Part shown: positions 51,894 to 61,960 of the stretch, one piece after another | Position numbering within the stretch: position 1 is the stretch's first letter | How the letters are laid out: the number at the start of each line of letters is the position of its first letter | From: an uncultured bacterium | GTDB taxonomy: Bacteria > Patescibacteriota > Minisyncoccia > UBA6257 > 2-01-FULL-56-20 | DNA: 64,000 nt | Reading direction: 5' to 3' | Assembly: GCA_963768625.1 (NCBI GenBank) | Contig: CAVYIK010000003.1 | Location: 454,715 to 518,714 of the forward strand | Notes under the pieces: generated by a model | What the model was told of the DNA's origin: nothing | The model's database searches: none | Seen by the model: only the letters and a program-made list of their open reading frames with translations | Program-made: the position numbers and the translations under genes

Positions 51894-53168
51894 ATGAGCC
51901 AGGATCTTATTGCACTTAGAGAAACCTGCCGGGTCTGCGGCGGGAAAAACCTTGACCCAATTCTTTCGCTCGGGAACCTCTATGTCTCCGATTTTTTGGG
52001 CGAGAGCGAAGGCGACCGCTCTTTTAAGGCACCGCTTGACGTCGTATTTTGCAATGCCGAGAAAGGCGGATGTGGATTATTGCAGCTTCAGCATACTGTT
52101 TCCCATGAAGCGATGTACCGGAATTATTGGTATCGCTCGGGCGTGAATAAAACAATGACCGATGCGCTGCACGGCATCGCGCGCACCGTCGAATCTCTTG
52201 CCGGACTGCACACCGGCGATTACGTGATCGATATCGGCGCCAATGATGGGACGCTGCTCCGCGGCTACGGGGTGAGCGATCTCAATCGGATCGGTTTTGA
52301 GCCTGCGAGGAATCTTGCGCAGTACAACAAAGCAGGGACGACCGAGATCATCAATGATTTCTTCAATTATGGAGCATGGGCTAAAAAATTTCCCGGAAAG
52401 AAAGCTAAAGCGATAACCGCTATCGCCATGTTCTACGACCTTGAAGATCCGAACCTTTTCGTTTCGGAAGTGGGGCGGTGCCTGGACGATGACGGAGTGT
52501 TCATCATTCAAATGAGCTATCTCCCGCTCATGCTTTCCACGAACGAGCTGGGGAATATTTGCCATGAACACATTGAATATTACTCCCTCTTTTCGCTTGA
52601 GAACCTCCTCGGGCGAAATGGGCTTGAGGTTTTTGACGTTGAGCTGAATGATGTGAACGGCGGCAGTTTCCGCACTTATATCCGGCACAAGGGGAAAGGG
52701 GGACGCCTTTCTGCCCCTATCGGGGCTGATATACGCGTTGAAGCCTTGAGAGAATACGAAAAGAAGCTCGGCCTCGCCAGTAAGAAAGTGTACGAAGATT
52801 TCGTGCGCCGCGTAGAGGGCATAAAGAAAGAGCTGACTGCTTTTTTGGAAAAAGAGACCGCGCGCGGGAAAAAGATCCATGTCTATGGAGCATCAACGAA
52901 AGGCAACACGGTCCTCCAGTATTTCGGTATTGATCATTCGATGATCGGAGCCGCCGCCGAGCGGAATCCGGACAAGTGGGGGAAAAAGACCGTCGGCACG
53001 CTTATCCCCATCATCTCGGAGGAACAGGCGCGAAATGAAAAACCGGATTATTTCCTCGTGCTGCCGTGGCATTTTTTGAGGGAATTCCGGGCTCGCGAGC
53101 AAGAGTTTTTCAAGCGTGGAGGTAAGTTCATCGTGCCGTTCCCCGAGCTCAAGATCATTGAACGCTAA
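51894..53168 (+). CDS. NDP-hexose C-methyltransferase (TylCIII-like), copy 1
   Basis: N-terminal Zn-ribbon CRVCGGKNL, SAM fold VIDIGANDGTLL, and a C-methyltransferase C-terminal domain (HVYGASTKGNTVLQYFG). Confidence 0.7.
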   Translation: MSQDLIALRETCRVCGGKNLDPILSLGNLYVSDFLGESEGDRSFKAPLDVVFCNAEKGGCGLLQLQHTVSHEAMYRNYWYRSGVNKTMTDALHGIARTVESLAGLHTGDYVIDIGANDGTLLRGYGVSDLNRIGFEPARNLAQYNKAGTTEIINDFFNYGAWAKKFPGKKAKAITAIAMFYDLEDPNLFVSEVGRCLDDDGVFIIQMSYLPLMLSTNELGNICHEHIEYYSLFSLENLLGRNGLEVFDVELNDVNGGSFRTYIRHKGKGGRLSAPIGADIRVEALREYEKKLGLASKKVYEDFVRRVEGIKKELTAFLEKETARGKKIHVYGASTKGNTVLQYFGIDHSMIGAAAERNPDKWGKKTVGTLIPIISEEQARNEKPDYFLVLPWHFLREFRAREQEFFKRGGKFIVPFPELKIIER

Positions 53169-54238
53169 TGAGCGATACTCAAGTTATCGTCGTGGGTGCC
53201 GATTGGCACGGCGAGTGGGCCAAGGACGTTTATCTCGCTTTCCGTGAGTCCGGCGCGGATGCGGAGATAATTTATACGAATACGCTCTTCGGGGGGATGG
53301 GCAGCAGCAAGGTCGCCGCGAAGGCGCGCGTGGAGATTATCAAGCAATTTTTCAGGAAACGCATGCCTTCCCTTTTTGATTTCGTAAGAGAGGCGCGGCG
53401 GCGGATGTCGGAGCGGACGGTGCTCAAAAAGATCGCATCGTTCCACAAACCGGGGCGCAAGCTGCTGGTTCTTTTTATCTGGACGCCGCCCGGCGTCTCG
53501 CTTCTTAAGGCCCTCGGGGCGAACAAGGAGATAGCGCTTGTGCTCTGGCAGGGTGAAGCGCCTTCGCGCAATGCCCAGTGGCCCCTTTCCTTCCCTTATT
53601 TCCACCATGTTTTTTCCGTGGATGAAGAGTGGCTCCCGCTTTTCGATGAGGAAACGAGGAAAAAGGCGACCTACTTGCCCCTCTCTTCGAGTTCAGCGAC
53701 GCACTTCCCGCTTTCCAGGGAGGCGCAGGATCAGAAATTTGTTTCCGATATCGCCTTCGTCGGGCATTATCGGCCCGAGCGCGCGGAAAAACTGTCAGCC
53801 CTCAAAGATAACGATCTTAAAATTTATGGCTATTGGTGGGAGGCCGGGGCGAGCCAGTTTCCCTGGCTTAAGGAGAAATATTGCGGACCCGTATCGGATA
53901 AAGATGCAAACCAGGTGTTCAATGGAGGAAAGATCCAGATCGGCCGCCTATCAACGCCTGTCGCGTACGGCAATACTATCACCCAGCGGGTTTTCGACGC
54001 CGCCCTTGCCGGGAGTTTCCAATTGAGCGAGTACTCGCCAGCCATTGAAAAGATATTCGGCAAGTCGGTCGTTATGTTCCGCGACGGCAAGGAACTTAAA
54101 AAACTTGCGGATTATTACCTTCTTCATGCCGAAGAGCGGCAGCGGCTCGCTGCTCAAGCGCACGCTATCGCCCTCAAGGACCATACTTACGCGAGCCGCA
54201 CAAAAACAATCATGAAGGTTTCTCACGCAATGCGATGA
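53168..54238 (+). CDS. CgeB-like glycosyltransferase (DUF3880 + Glyco_trans_1_2), copy 1
   Basis: IAFVGHYRPERAEKL...TQRVFDAALAGSFQLSEY...LLHAEERQRLAAQAHAIALKDHTYASR. Confidence 0.55.
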   Translation: MSDTQVIVVGADWHGEWAKDVYLAFRESGADAEIIYTNTLFGGMGSSKVAAKARVEIIKQFFRKRMPSLFDFVREARRRMSERTVLKKIASFHKPGRKLLVLFIWTPPGVSLLKALGANKEIALVLWQGEAPSRNAQWPLSFPYFHHVFSVDEEWLPLFDEETRKKATYLPLSSSSATHFPLSREAQDQKFVSDIAFVGHYRPERAEKLSALKDNDLKIYGYWWEAGASQFPWLKEKYCGPVSDKDANQVFNGGKIQIGRLSTPVAYGNTITQRVFDAALAGSFQLSEYSPAIEKIFGKSVVMFRDGKELKKLADYYLLHAEERQRLAAQAHAIALKDHTYASRTKTIMKVSHAMR

Positions 54239-55329
54239 AGATATTGCTCATAACTAATAAATACGTATACAATCCGCGGACGCTCTCGGTGCTCCGGCGG
54301 GCCGACGGCATCTATTCAATGGAAGATTCGCTTCGGGAAACGCTCGGCGCGCGCGGGCACTCGATGGACGTTTTTTATATTGACGAAGCCGTGAGTTCGC
54401 ACGGACTCGATGCCGCGCGTAAAGAATTATGGGACCACATTTGCAAGACGGTGCCCGATGTGTGCATCCCGATCGCGGTCGACGAATATATCTACGGCAA
54501 AGAACTTTTTCGGAAGATGCGCGACCAGAATTTTACCCAGTTCGTCTACCTCGGCGAAGATGATGCGTGGACGTGGGCGCGGCAGGGGCGCCATCTCGGA
54601 AAATATTTTCAGTGGATCGTAACGTACGACGGGAGAGCGGTTGCGAAATATAAAAGCATGGGTTGCCGTAATGTTGCACATCACCAGCCCGGCATTGATA
54701 TAAGCATTTTCAGAAAGCTTCAAGGAAGGCCGAAAAACATCGATGTGAGTTTTATAGGGCTTTGGAGCAAGCCGCGGGAAAAGGTTATCCAGTACCTTCG
54801 GGCGGCGGGCGTGGACGTGTTCGTGAGAGGAAGGGGATGGCCGGAAGGGCCCATTGAGAGCGACGAAGGAATGGTCGACATCATTAACCGGAGCAAGATA
54901 TGCCTTTCTCTCAATACGCCGGCGTTCTATTTCGGCTGGCGGCCGATCGCGAGCTTGTTCTTCCGCCGCGCGAGCTTGGGCGAAGGAGGTTTCCGCGTCA
55001 AGCTTGATATCTGGAACTTTTTCGGCAATCTGCGCCTGTGGCTCGACAAAAGAAATGCGCAGGTAAAGTCGCGACACTTTGACGTGCCTGCTTGCGGGAC
55101 CATGGAAATGACTAAAGACGCCGACGATCTTAGGGATTATTACAAACTCGGAGAAGAGATCGTCGTTTACAAAGATAACAAGGACCTCGTGGAGAAGATA
55201 AAGTATTATCTCGCGCATCCCGAAGAGCGGGAGGCGATAGCGAAGCGTGGCTACGAGCGCACGATACGCGAGCACTCGAAGAAGAAAAGATACGAGGATA
55301 TCTTTCGAATGATCGGGAAACCGCTGTAG
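54235..55329 (+). CDS. CgeB-like glycosyltransferase (Glyco_trans_1_2), copy 2
   Basis: DVSFIGLW...SRHFDVPACGTMEMT...YLAHPEEREAIAKRGYERTIREHS. Overlaps the upstream gene by 4 nt. Confidence 0.55.
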   Translation: MKILLITNKYVYNPRTLSVLRRADGIYSMEDSLRETLGARGHSMDVFYIDEAVSSHGLDAARKELWDHICKTVPDVCIPIAVDEYIYGKELFRKMRDQNFTQFVYLGEDDAWTWARQGRHLGKYFQWIVTYDGRAVAKYKSMGCRNVAHHQPGIDISIFRKLQGRPKNIDVSFIGLWSKPREKVIQYLRAAGVDVFVRGRGWPEGPIESDEGMVDIINRSKICLSLNTPAFYFGWRPIASLFFRRASLGEGGFRVKLDIWNFFGNLRLWLDKRNAQVKSRHFDVPACGTMEMTKDADDLRDYYKLGEEIVVYKDNKDLVEKIKYYLAHPEEREAIAKRGYERTIREHSKKKRYEDIFRMIGKPL

Positions 55330-55379
55330 GCACAAGGCAAATAGTTGCAATTACCCTTTTCCAAAGGTATTCTTGGTAT

Positions 55380-56642
55380 GTGCAAAATAACCGTCCCCGG
55401 AACCTCGTCTGTGATCCAGCCCAGCTGATCAAGCGGTGCCGCGTATGCGATTCGAAGAACTTGGAGATGGCCATCGATCTTGGCTTCCAGCCGTGGTGCA
55501 ATCATTTTTTAAAAAAAGAGGAGATCGGCACGGAGCCGTTCTATCCTTTACGCGTCGTTTTCTGCATGGATTGTCGGACGCCGCAGCTTGATTATACGGT
55601 TCCGAAGGAGACCATGTTCGGCCACCACACCTACCTGTCCGGCGTTACGAAAACGTTGAGCGACCATTTTAAATCCGTAGCCGAGAAGGTTAACGAAAAG
55701 TTTTTCAAAAATGCGCCAAAGAAATCGGTGCTTGATATTGGCTCGAATGACGGTACGCAGCTGAAATACTTCAAACAGCTTGGGTATGATGTGTTGGGGA
55801 TTGACCCAGCGGAGACGCCCGCACGGCTTGCGAATGAAGCAGGCATACCGACGGTCCACGATTTCTTCAATCTGGATTCTGCGAAAAAGCTAGGCCGGAA
55901 ATTCGACGTGATCAATGCCGCGGGCGTATTCTTTCACCTCGAAGAATTGCATTCCGTCTGCGATGCCATAAAACAGGTCCTCGCGGATGACGGTGTTTTC
56001 GTCGTCCAATTTTTGTACATGAAGAGCATCGTGGAAAATATGGCGTTTGACCAGATCTACCACGAGCATTTGCTGTACTACAATCTTAAAAACATCGAGA
56101 CGCTTTTGAACCGGCACGGACTTTCTTTATTTGACGCGTATCTCGCGCCCATCCACGGCGGCTCTATGATCGCCTACGCCACCCACAAGGGGCGAAAGAG
56201 CCCCTCGCCCGAACTCGTCGCGTTCAGGGATGAAGAAGCGGAGCATGGAATCAACGAGCTCCCGACCTATCTGCGGTTCGCCGAAAATATAAAAAAGAGG
56301 AAGGAGGAGGTCTTGGCATACCTTCAGGATGCCAAAAAGCGGGGGAAAAGGATTTTCGGCATGGGAGCGCCGGTCAAGGGGAACACCATGCTGAATTATT
56401 TCGGGGTCGGAACCGACCATATAGAATGTTTGGTTGAGAAAAACGAATTACGCCGCGGTCTTTACGCGCCCGGGTCGCACATCCCGATCGCGATCGAAAA
56501 GGAGCTTACCGAGCTGCCGGACATTTATTACTTCCTTGCATGGAATTTCAAAAAAGAGATCTTAGCGAACAATCAATTCCTGATCGACAAAGGCGTAGAA
56601 TTCTATTTTCCCGTTGACCCGGATAAAAAGTCTGGTAGTTGA
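55380..56642 (+). CDS. NDP-hexose C-methyltransferase (TylCIII-like), copy 2
   Basis: Zn-ribbon CRVCDSKNL, SAM fold VLDIGSNDGTQL, and a C-terminal domain with IFGMGAPVKGNTMLNYFG. Paralogue of 51894-53168. Confidence 0.7.
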   Translation: MQNNRPRNLVCDPAQLIKRCRVCDSKNLEMAIDLGFQPWCNHFLKKEEIGTEPFYPLRVVFCMDCRTPQLDYTVPKETMFGHHTYLSGVTKTLSDHFKSVAEKVNEKFFKNAPKKSVLDIGSNDGTQLKYFKQLGYDVLGIDPAETPARLANEAGIPTVHDFFNLDSAKKLGRKFDVINAAGVFFHLEELHSVCDAIKQVLADDGVFVVQFLYMKSIVENMAFDQIYHEHLLYYNLKNIETLLNRHGLSLFDAYLAPIHGGSMIAYATHKGRKSPSPELVAFRDEEAEHGINELPTYLRFAENIKKRKEEVLAYLQDAKKRGKRIFGMGAPVKGNTMLNYFGVGTDHIECLVEKNELRRGLYAPGSHIPIAIEKELTELPDIYYFLAWNFKKEILANNQFLIDKGVEFYFPVDPDKKSGS

Positions 56643-56717
56643 GCTACGACTCGTACGGTGATGGACAAAGATTGGGATTTTTTATACCATAACCATGAAA
56701 GATTACACGGGTGACGT

Positions 56718-57614
56718 ATGAAAATAATCGTAACCGGCTCGGAAAGTTTTGTCGCGCGGGAGCTTATTGCGCAATGCCTTAAAGAAGGAATTGAGGTTTT
56801 CGGGTTCGATTTCGCGAAGAACAGCGATTTGCCCTACGAATTCCAAAAAGGCGATATCAACGATCCGAAGATCGGCGATCTTTTCCCGGAGGGGGCGGAC
56901 GCGCTTGTGCACCTTGCTGCTCTCTCGCGCGATAAAGACTGCGCCGGCAGGGCGTATGAGTGTTTTTCGACGAACGTGCTGGGGACGCTGAATCTCGTGC
57001 GCGCGGCTAAAACTCGCGGCGTGAAGCAGTTCATTTTTTCTTCAAGCGACTGGGTGTACGAGAAATTCGCACCCGGCGAGGTGAAAGACGAGACCTCGCT
57101 TATTGACATCGCGGGGCACACTTCCGAGTACGCGCTCTCAAAGCTTGTGAGTGAAGCGAATTTGCGTCAGGAGTACTTGCGGGGGCAGTCCATGGGGATT
57201 ACCGTCCTTCGTTTCGCCATCATCTACGGGCCGCGCCCGCTCACGGTGGCGGGTTCCGTCGAGAGGATCATGAGCGAAGCGAAGACAAGCGAGGCCATAA
57301 CGTTTTCCGGGTCGCGCAAATCGGGACGTTGTTATATGCACGTGCATGATATCGCGCGCGGCATCCGTGCGGCGCTAGGAAGAAAGGATTTTCAGATCGT
57401 GAATCTTGCCGGCGACGAATTTGTCACGCTTGAAGATATCGTCCGCATAACCGAGAAGCTGTGCGGCAAGACAAAGCCGGCCGAGATCATCGAGAAGGAT
57501 CCTGCGGCTGTTGTTGCGAGGAATATATCGAACAAAAAAGCCAAAGAGATGCTTCACTGGAAGCCAGAGATCAATATAGAAGCCGGCTTCAAAACGATCC
57601 TGCCCTTTATCTAA
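56718..57614 (+). CDS. NAD-dependent sugar epimerase/dehydratase (SDR)
   Basis: Rossmann motif IIVTGSESFVAREL and the catalytic YALSK triad region. Confidence 0.65.
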   Translation: MKIIVTGSESFVARELIAQCLKEGIEVFGFDFAKNSDLPYEFQKGDINDPKIGDLFPEGADALVHLAALSRDKDCAGRAYECFSTNVLGTLNLVRAAKTRGVKQFIFSSSDWVYEKFAPGEVKDETSLIDIAGHTSEYALSKLVSEANLRQEYLRGQSMGITVLRFAIIYGPRPLTVAGSVERIMSEAKTSEAITFSGSRKSGRCYMHVHDIARGIRAALGRKDFQIVNLAGDEFVTLEDIVRITEKLCGKTKPAEIIEKDPAAVVARNISNKKAKEMLHWKPEINIEAGFKTILPFI

Positions 57615-58547
57615 ATGCCAACCGGCTCTGATACGAAGAAAAAAATTGCCGGGGAAGTGATCCGCCTGCGCGTGAGCCAGATGATCGTGAATGAAGAATA
57701 CAAGGCGGGGAAATTTAAGGTTCCGATCCATCTCGCCTTGGGGCACGAAGCTATTGCCGTTGCCGTAAGCGAGATGATGGAGCAAGGAGACAGCCTGCTC
57801 CCGACGCACCGCAACATCGCCTACAATCTCGCCCGCGCCGGCAGGTTGCGGCCCATTCTTGACGAATATCTTTTGAAGTCGACGGGCTTGAACGGGGCGC
57901 GCTCCGGGTCTATGAACCTCTTGAACCCGGAGAGGGGGATCCTTTACGCTTCAAGCATCCTCGGAAACCAGTTTTCCGTGGCGACGGGGATCGCGATGGC
58001 AGATAAAATATCGGGGAAAAAGAATATCGTGATCGTCATGGGAGGAGATGGTTCGATGGAGGAAGGTTCGTTCTATGAAAGCATGCTTATGGCGCGGAGC
58101 CTTGAATTGCCGGTGCTTTTCGTTGTGGAAAATAACGAGTGGTCCATGGCGACCCGCATTGGTGAACGTCGTTCGCCCATCGACCTTTCACTTTTCGCCG
58201 AATCCCTGAATATCCGCTATGCCCATCTTCACGACAATGACGTCTACCGCTATATCGATACGCTAAAAGACATACGGAAAGCCGCCATCAAGAATAACGC
58301 CCCGATGTGTATTGAGGTGCGCGTCTCGACGTTGGGGGATTGGCGCATGAAGACGGAGGGGTTTCCGGAGGGAGAATTCATTAACTATCACGCCGGTCCT
58401 GCGCCCGAGGTGTCGCTTACCGAATGGCCGATCATCCGTGAGAACGACGAAGATCCCGTGTTTGCGCTGACGCGCCACATTGAGCAGTCGGTGCTTGAGG
58501 AAGACGCACGCAGGCAATTTGCGGAACTTCAAAAAGAGATCTCGTAG
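57615..58547 (+). CDS. Thiamine-diphosphate-dependent dehydrogenase E1 alpha-like subunit
   Basis: HLALGHEAIAVA...THRN and the TPP-binding motif GGDGSMEEGSFYESMLMARSLELPVLFVVENNEW. Confidence 0.75.
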   Translation: MPTGSDTKKKIAGEVIRLRVSQMIVNEEYKAGKFKVPIHLALGHEAIAVAVSEMMEQGDSLLPTHRNIAYNLARAGRLRPILDEYLLKSTGLNGARSGSMNLLNPERGILYASSILGNQFSVATGIAMADKISGKKNIVIVMGGDGSMEEGSFYESMLMARSLELPVLFVVENNEWSMATRIGERRSPIDLSLFAESLNIRYAHLHDNDVYRYIDTLKDIRKAAIKNNAPMCIEVRVSTLGDWRMKTEGFPEGEFINYHAGPAPEVSLTEWPIIRENDEDPVFALTRHIEQSVLEEDARRQFAELQKEIS

Positions 58548-58553
58548 AAAAAT

Positions 58554-59492
58554 ATGCCTAAATATCTTGAACACATAAATTCGGTTTTGAAAAAAGAGGT
58601 CGGCGCGCACGACGGGCTTGTTGTGTTCGGCCAGAACGTGAGCGCGGGTTCGCGCATCAGCGGGTTCACGAAGGGCTTTAAGGTAAAAGCGTCAGGGAAA
58701 ATAATAAATACGACGAATACGGAAAACTCGCTTGTCGGTTTTGGATTTGGCGTGATGCTCGCCGGCGGCACGTCAGCGTTCTTTATGAAGCAACTCGACT
58801 TTCTTTTCCTCGGCATAGACCAATTGGTGAATACGTATAATATTCTCCGCAATTCTCGTGAGGCCAAGGGTTCATTCACGATCCTGCCGCTTGTTGTCGA
58901 CATGGGCTATCAAGGCCCGCAATCGAGCGCAAACAATTTCGGCGACTTTTGCTCGATCGCGCGCATCCCGGGCTATGCCGTGACGAATAAGTATGATGCC
59001 GAACAGATCGTAGGGAGTCACCTCGTTTCTCCGGGATTCCGCATTATTGCTTTCAGCCAGCGGATGTTCAAGGACGAGGTCATCGATCCGGGTGTGCCCG
59101 TGCACGCCGATAGAGGTCTGAAGTTCGCGCAGTACAAAGACGGTCCCGATGCGACGATTGTTTCGTTCAATTTTTCTTTCCCGTACGCATGGAAGCTCGG
59201 CCTTGAGCTCGAAAAAGCAGGAAAGAGACCCGCGGTATTCAATGTGAACTATATGACGCCGATCGATTGGGCGCCGATTTTGGAAAGCGTAAAGAAAACA
59301 AAAAGGCTTGTCGTTCTGGACGACAGCAAGAGCGAAAATCTATCATGCTTCTCGCTTCTTGCCGAAGCGCGTGCCCTGGGCCTTAAGAAAGATATTTTTA
59401 TCAAGCGCACGCTGAATGATAATTGGCTCAACCCTGTTTCCGACGCGATGGATATCGATTACGAAGCGATCATGCGGGGGTTGGGTATCTAA
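58554..59492 (+). CDS. E1 beta-like subunit (transketolase pyrimidine-binding + C-terminal domains)
   Basis: VFGQNVSAGSRISGFTKGF, TENSLVGFGFGVMLAGG, and a C-terminal VVLDDSKSEN segment. Confidence 0.7.
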   Translation: MPKYLEHINSVLKKEVGAHDGLVVFGQNVSAGSRISGFTKGFKVKASGKIINTTNTENSLVGFGFGVMLAGGTSAFFMKQLDFLFLGIDQLVNTYNILRNSREAKGSFTILPLVVDMGYQGPQSSANNFGDFCSIARIPGYAVTNKYDAEQIVGSHLVSPGFRIIAFSQRMFKDEVIDPGVPVHADRGLKFAQYKDGPDATIVSFNFSFPYAWKLGLELEKAGKRPAVFNVNYMTPIDWAPILESVKKTKRLVVLDDSKSENLSCFSLLAEARALGLKKDIFIKRTLNDNWLNPVSDAMDIDYEAIMRGLGI

Positions 59493-59514
59493 CTTCGACA
59501 TCTCTAGAGAAACA

Positions 59515-60318
59515 ATGGGTGAAAAGAAAAAGAATCTCATTCTCGGGAAAGGCCTTATCGGGTCCCACTTGGCCGCCGTCCTCAAGGAACGGAAGGAAGA
59601 AGTTTCGGTGCTCTCCCGTGGCGACGGTCAGGATCTAAAAAGCGCCGAAAAATATTTTGACCGGTTCCAGTGGGCGGACCGGGTGTGGTTTGTGGCATGG
59701 GACGTGGGCGTCTGGAAAAAATCCACCTCGTCCGCCTACGAAAGCGAAGTTTTGGATTCCAATCTTGCGCTGTGCCGGTCTGTATTCAAGTGTCTGGAGC
59801 GGTCCGGGAAACCATTTCTTTTTGTGAGCTCGCAAGCCGCGCTCGCGCCGGATATGGTCACGCTGGGCGTTACGAAGCGGGTCGGCGAATTTTGGACGCG
59901 AATTTTGGGAGGGCATATCGCGCGGCTCTGGAACGTGTATGGCTGGGAGTTGCCCGGAGAGAAAAGCCATCTTATCCCCGACCTGGTCCACCAGGGTCTC
60001 CGGGGGAAAATTCAACTGATGACGAACGGCGAGGAAACGAGGCAGTTTTTGTATGCCCGGGATTGCGCGGAGGCTTTCGTGCACCAATTTGATATCGGCC
60101 AAAAGGAGGCGGATGTCACAAGCGGCGAATGGATTTCCGTAAAAGAGATGGCCCGACGCATCGGCCAGAAATTGAGGGCAGAAGTCGTGTTCGGGTCAAA
60201 ACCCGGCAGGCCTCCTTTCTGGATCCCAAAAACTCCGCTCGCATCATGGAAGCCGAGGTTCTCTCTGGATGAAGGGTTGGATGAGGTCATAAGAGATGCA
60301 AAGTCGAGCATTGTGTGA
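59515..60318 (+). CDS. Short NAD(P)-binding SDR (sugar reductase/epimerase-like)
   Basis: The start is taken at MGEKKKNLILGKGLIGSHL within ORF 59416. Rossmann fold. Contains ETRQFLYARDCAEAF. Confidence 0.55.
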   Translation: MGEKKKNLILGKGLIGSHLAAVLKERKEEVSVLSRGDGQDLKSAEKYFDRFQWADRVWFVAWDVGVWKKSTSSAYESEVLDSNLALCRSVFKCLERSGKPFLFVSSQAALAPDMVTLGVTKRVGEFWTRILGGHIARLWNVYGWELPGEKSHLIPDLVHQGLRGKIQLMTNGEETRQFLYARDCAEAFVHQFDIGQKEADVTSGEWISVKEMARRIGQKLRAEVVFGSKPGRPPFWIPKTPLASWKPRFSLDEGLDEVIRDAKSSIV

Positions 60319-60331
60319 TATCCTTGGCACT

Positions 60332-60844
60332 ATGAAAATCACGGAGACAAAATTGGAGGGAGTCCTTCTCATAGAACCCGAGGTTTTCAAGGACTTCCGC
60401 GGCTCGTTCACCGAGATCTATAACGAAGATGCATATGCGAAGGCGGGGATCGCGGACCGCTTCGTTCAGGACGACATGTCACTTTCAAAAAAGAATGTCC
60501 TGCGCGGCATTCATGTCGAGAATAAGATCGCGAAGTTGGTCATGTGCGGTCACGGTCGCCTGTATTGCGTTGTCGTAAACTGCGACAAGGCATCTAAAAA
60601 GTTTGGAGCGTGGGAATCGTTCATTTTGACCGATGAAAATCGTCACCAACTTTTTATTCCTCCGAAGCATGGCACCGCATACCTCGTACTGTCCGACTGG
60701 GGAATGTTCCACTATAAACAATCGGGATATTACAATCCGGCCAATCAGGATAGTTATCGCTGGAACGATCCAAAATTCAATATTTCGTGGCCGATAGAAA
60801 ATCCGATTCTTTCCGCGCGAGACGAGGCGGGGAAGTATGTTTAG
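60332..60844 (+). CDS. RmlC-like cupin sugar-nucleotide 3,5-epimerase
   Basis: LEGVLLIEPEVFKDFRGSFTEIYN...LRGIH...FIPPKHGTAYLVLSD...YKQS.YY are the dTDP-4-dehydrorhamnose 3,5-epimerase family motifs. Confidence 0.75.
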   Translation: MKITETKLEGVLLIEPEVFKDFRGSFTEIYNEDAYAKAGIADRFVQDDMSLSKKNVLRGIHVENKIAKLVMCGHGRLYCVVVNCDKASKKFGAWESFILTDENRHQLFIPPKHGTAYLVLSDWGMFHYKQSGYYNPANQDSYRWNDPKFNISWPIENPILSARDEAGKYV

Positions 60845-60896
60845 GGCGAGAAACACTTGTTAAAATGCCCGGAGGGGGATATGATAGCAAGCATTG

Positions 60897-61859
60897 ATGG
60901 CGAAACAGAATAATATCTCAAAAAAGATTTTGGTGACGGGCGGCGCCGGCTATATCGGATCGGTCTTGGTGCCCGAACTCCTGCGCGCCGGGCACGAAGT
61001 GACCGTCGTGGATAATTTTATGTACGGCCAGCATTCGTTGCTTGACGTGGCCAACATGAAGACACTCACCGTGGTCCGTGGCGATGCGCGCGATGAAGCG
61101 CTTATAAAAAAGCATATCGCCGGGAAAGACTTCATTATTCCTTTGGCATGCATCGTCGGAGCTCCGGCGTGCGATCGCGATCCGGCGAAGGCCCGCAGCA
61201 CGAACCTAGGAGCAGTCGAACTCATCCTTAAGCTCCGCACGCCGGACCAGAAGATCATTTTCCCAAATACGAACAGCGGCTATGGCCGGATGGCGGCCGG
61301 GGTCGCATTTTGCGATGAAAATAGCCCGCTTGAGCCCATTTCCCTTTACGGCAAGCTTAAGGTCCAGGCAGAAAAGGAGCTTTTGGAGGCGGGGAACGCG
61401 ATCACGCTGCGCCTCGCGACGGTGTTCGGCGCAAGCCCCCGGATGCGCATAGACCTCCTTGTGAATGATTTCGTCTATCGCGCCGTGACCGACCGATCGA
61501 ATCTTATCTTTGAAGGTCATTTCAAACGGAATTATATCCATGTGCGCGATGTCGCCCGCGCTTTCATGCACGCAATGGACCACTTTGAGACAATGAAAGA
61601 CCAGGCATACAACGTCGGCCTTTCCAGCGCGAACTTGAGCAAGCTTGAGCTTTGTGAAGAGATCAAAAAGCAGCTCCCACAGTTCGTTTTCGTGGAGTCC
61701 GAGATCGGCAAGGACCCTGACCAGCGCAACTATATCGTTTCCAATGCAAAGATAGAGGCGACCGGGTATAAGCCGATCGTCTCGCTCGCAGACGGCATCG
61801 CCGAGCTCATCAAGGCGTATCAGATCGTTCGGCGGGACCACTTTACGAATTTAGTATAG
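60897..61859 (+). CDS. NAD-dependent sugar epimerase/dehydratase (SDR)
   Basis: ILVTGGAGYIGSVLV, YGKLK catalytic motif, and NYIHVRDVARAF. ATG 60897 is preferred over TTG 60894. Confidence 0.7.
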   Translation: MAKQNNISKKILVTGGAGYIGSVLVPELLRAGHEVTVVDNFMYGQHSLLDVANMKTLTVVRGDARDEALIKKHIAGKDFIIPLACIVGAPACDRDPAKARSTNLGAVELILKLRTPDQKIIFPNTNSGYGRMAAGVAFCDENSPLEPISLYGKLKVQAEKELLEAGNAITLRLATVFGASPRMRIDLLVNDFVYRAVTDRSNLIFEGHFKRNYIHVRDVARAFMHAMDHFETMKDQAYNVGLSSANLSKLELCEEIKKQLPQFVFVESEIGKDPDQRNYIVSNAKIEATGYKPIVSLADGIAELIKAYQIVRRDHFTNLV

Positions 61860-61884
61860 CCATTGGCCGTTTTCGGGCGGCATC

Positions 61885-61913
61885 TTGCCATCCTGTTGAA
61901 ATAGTGGTAGAAT
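61885..61913 (+). promoter_or_regulatory. Sigma70-type promoter TTGCCA-17-TAGAAT with TGg extension
   Basis: cTTGCCAtcctgttgaaatagTGgTAGAATc. Lies about 48 nt upstream of the RBS-preceded ATG 61961. Confidence 0.5.
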
Positions 61914-61960
61914 CTCCGCAGCAGTAGCATTACAGAATCTTGTTCTGGGAGGAATTCCGA

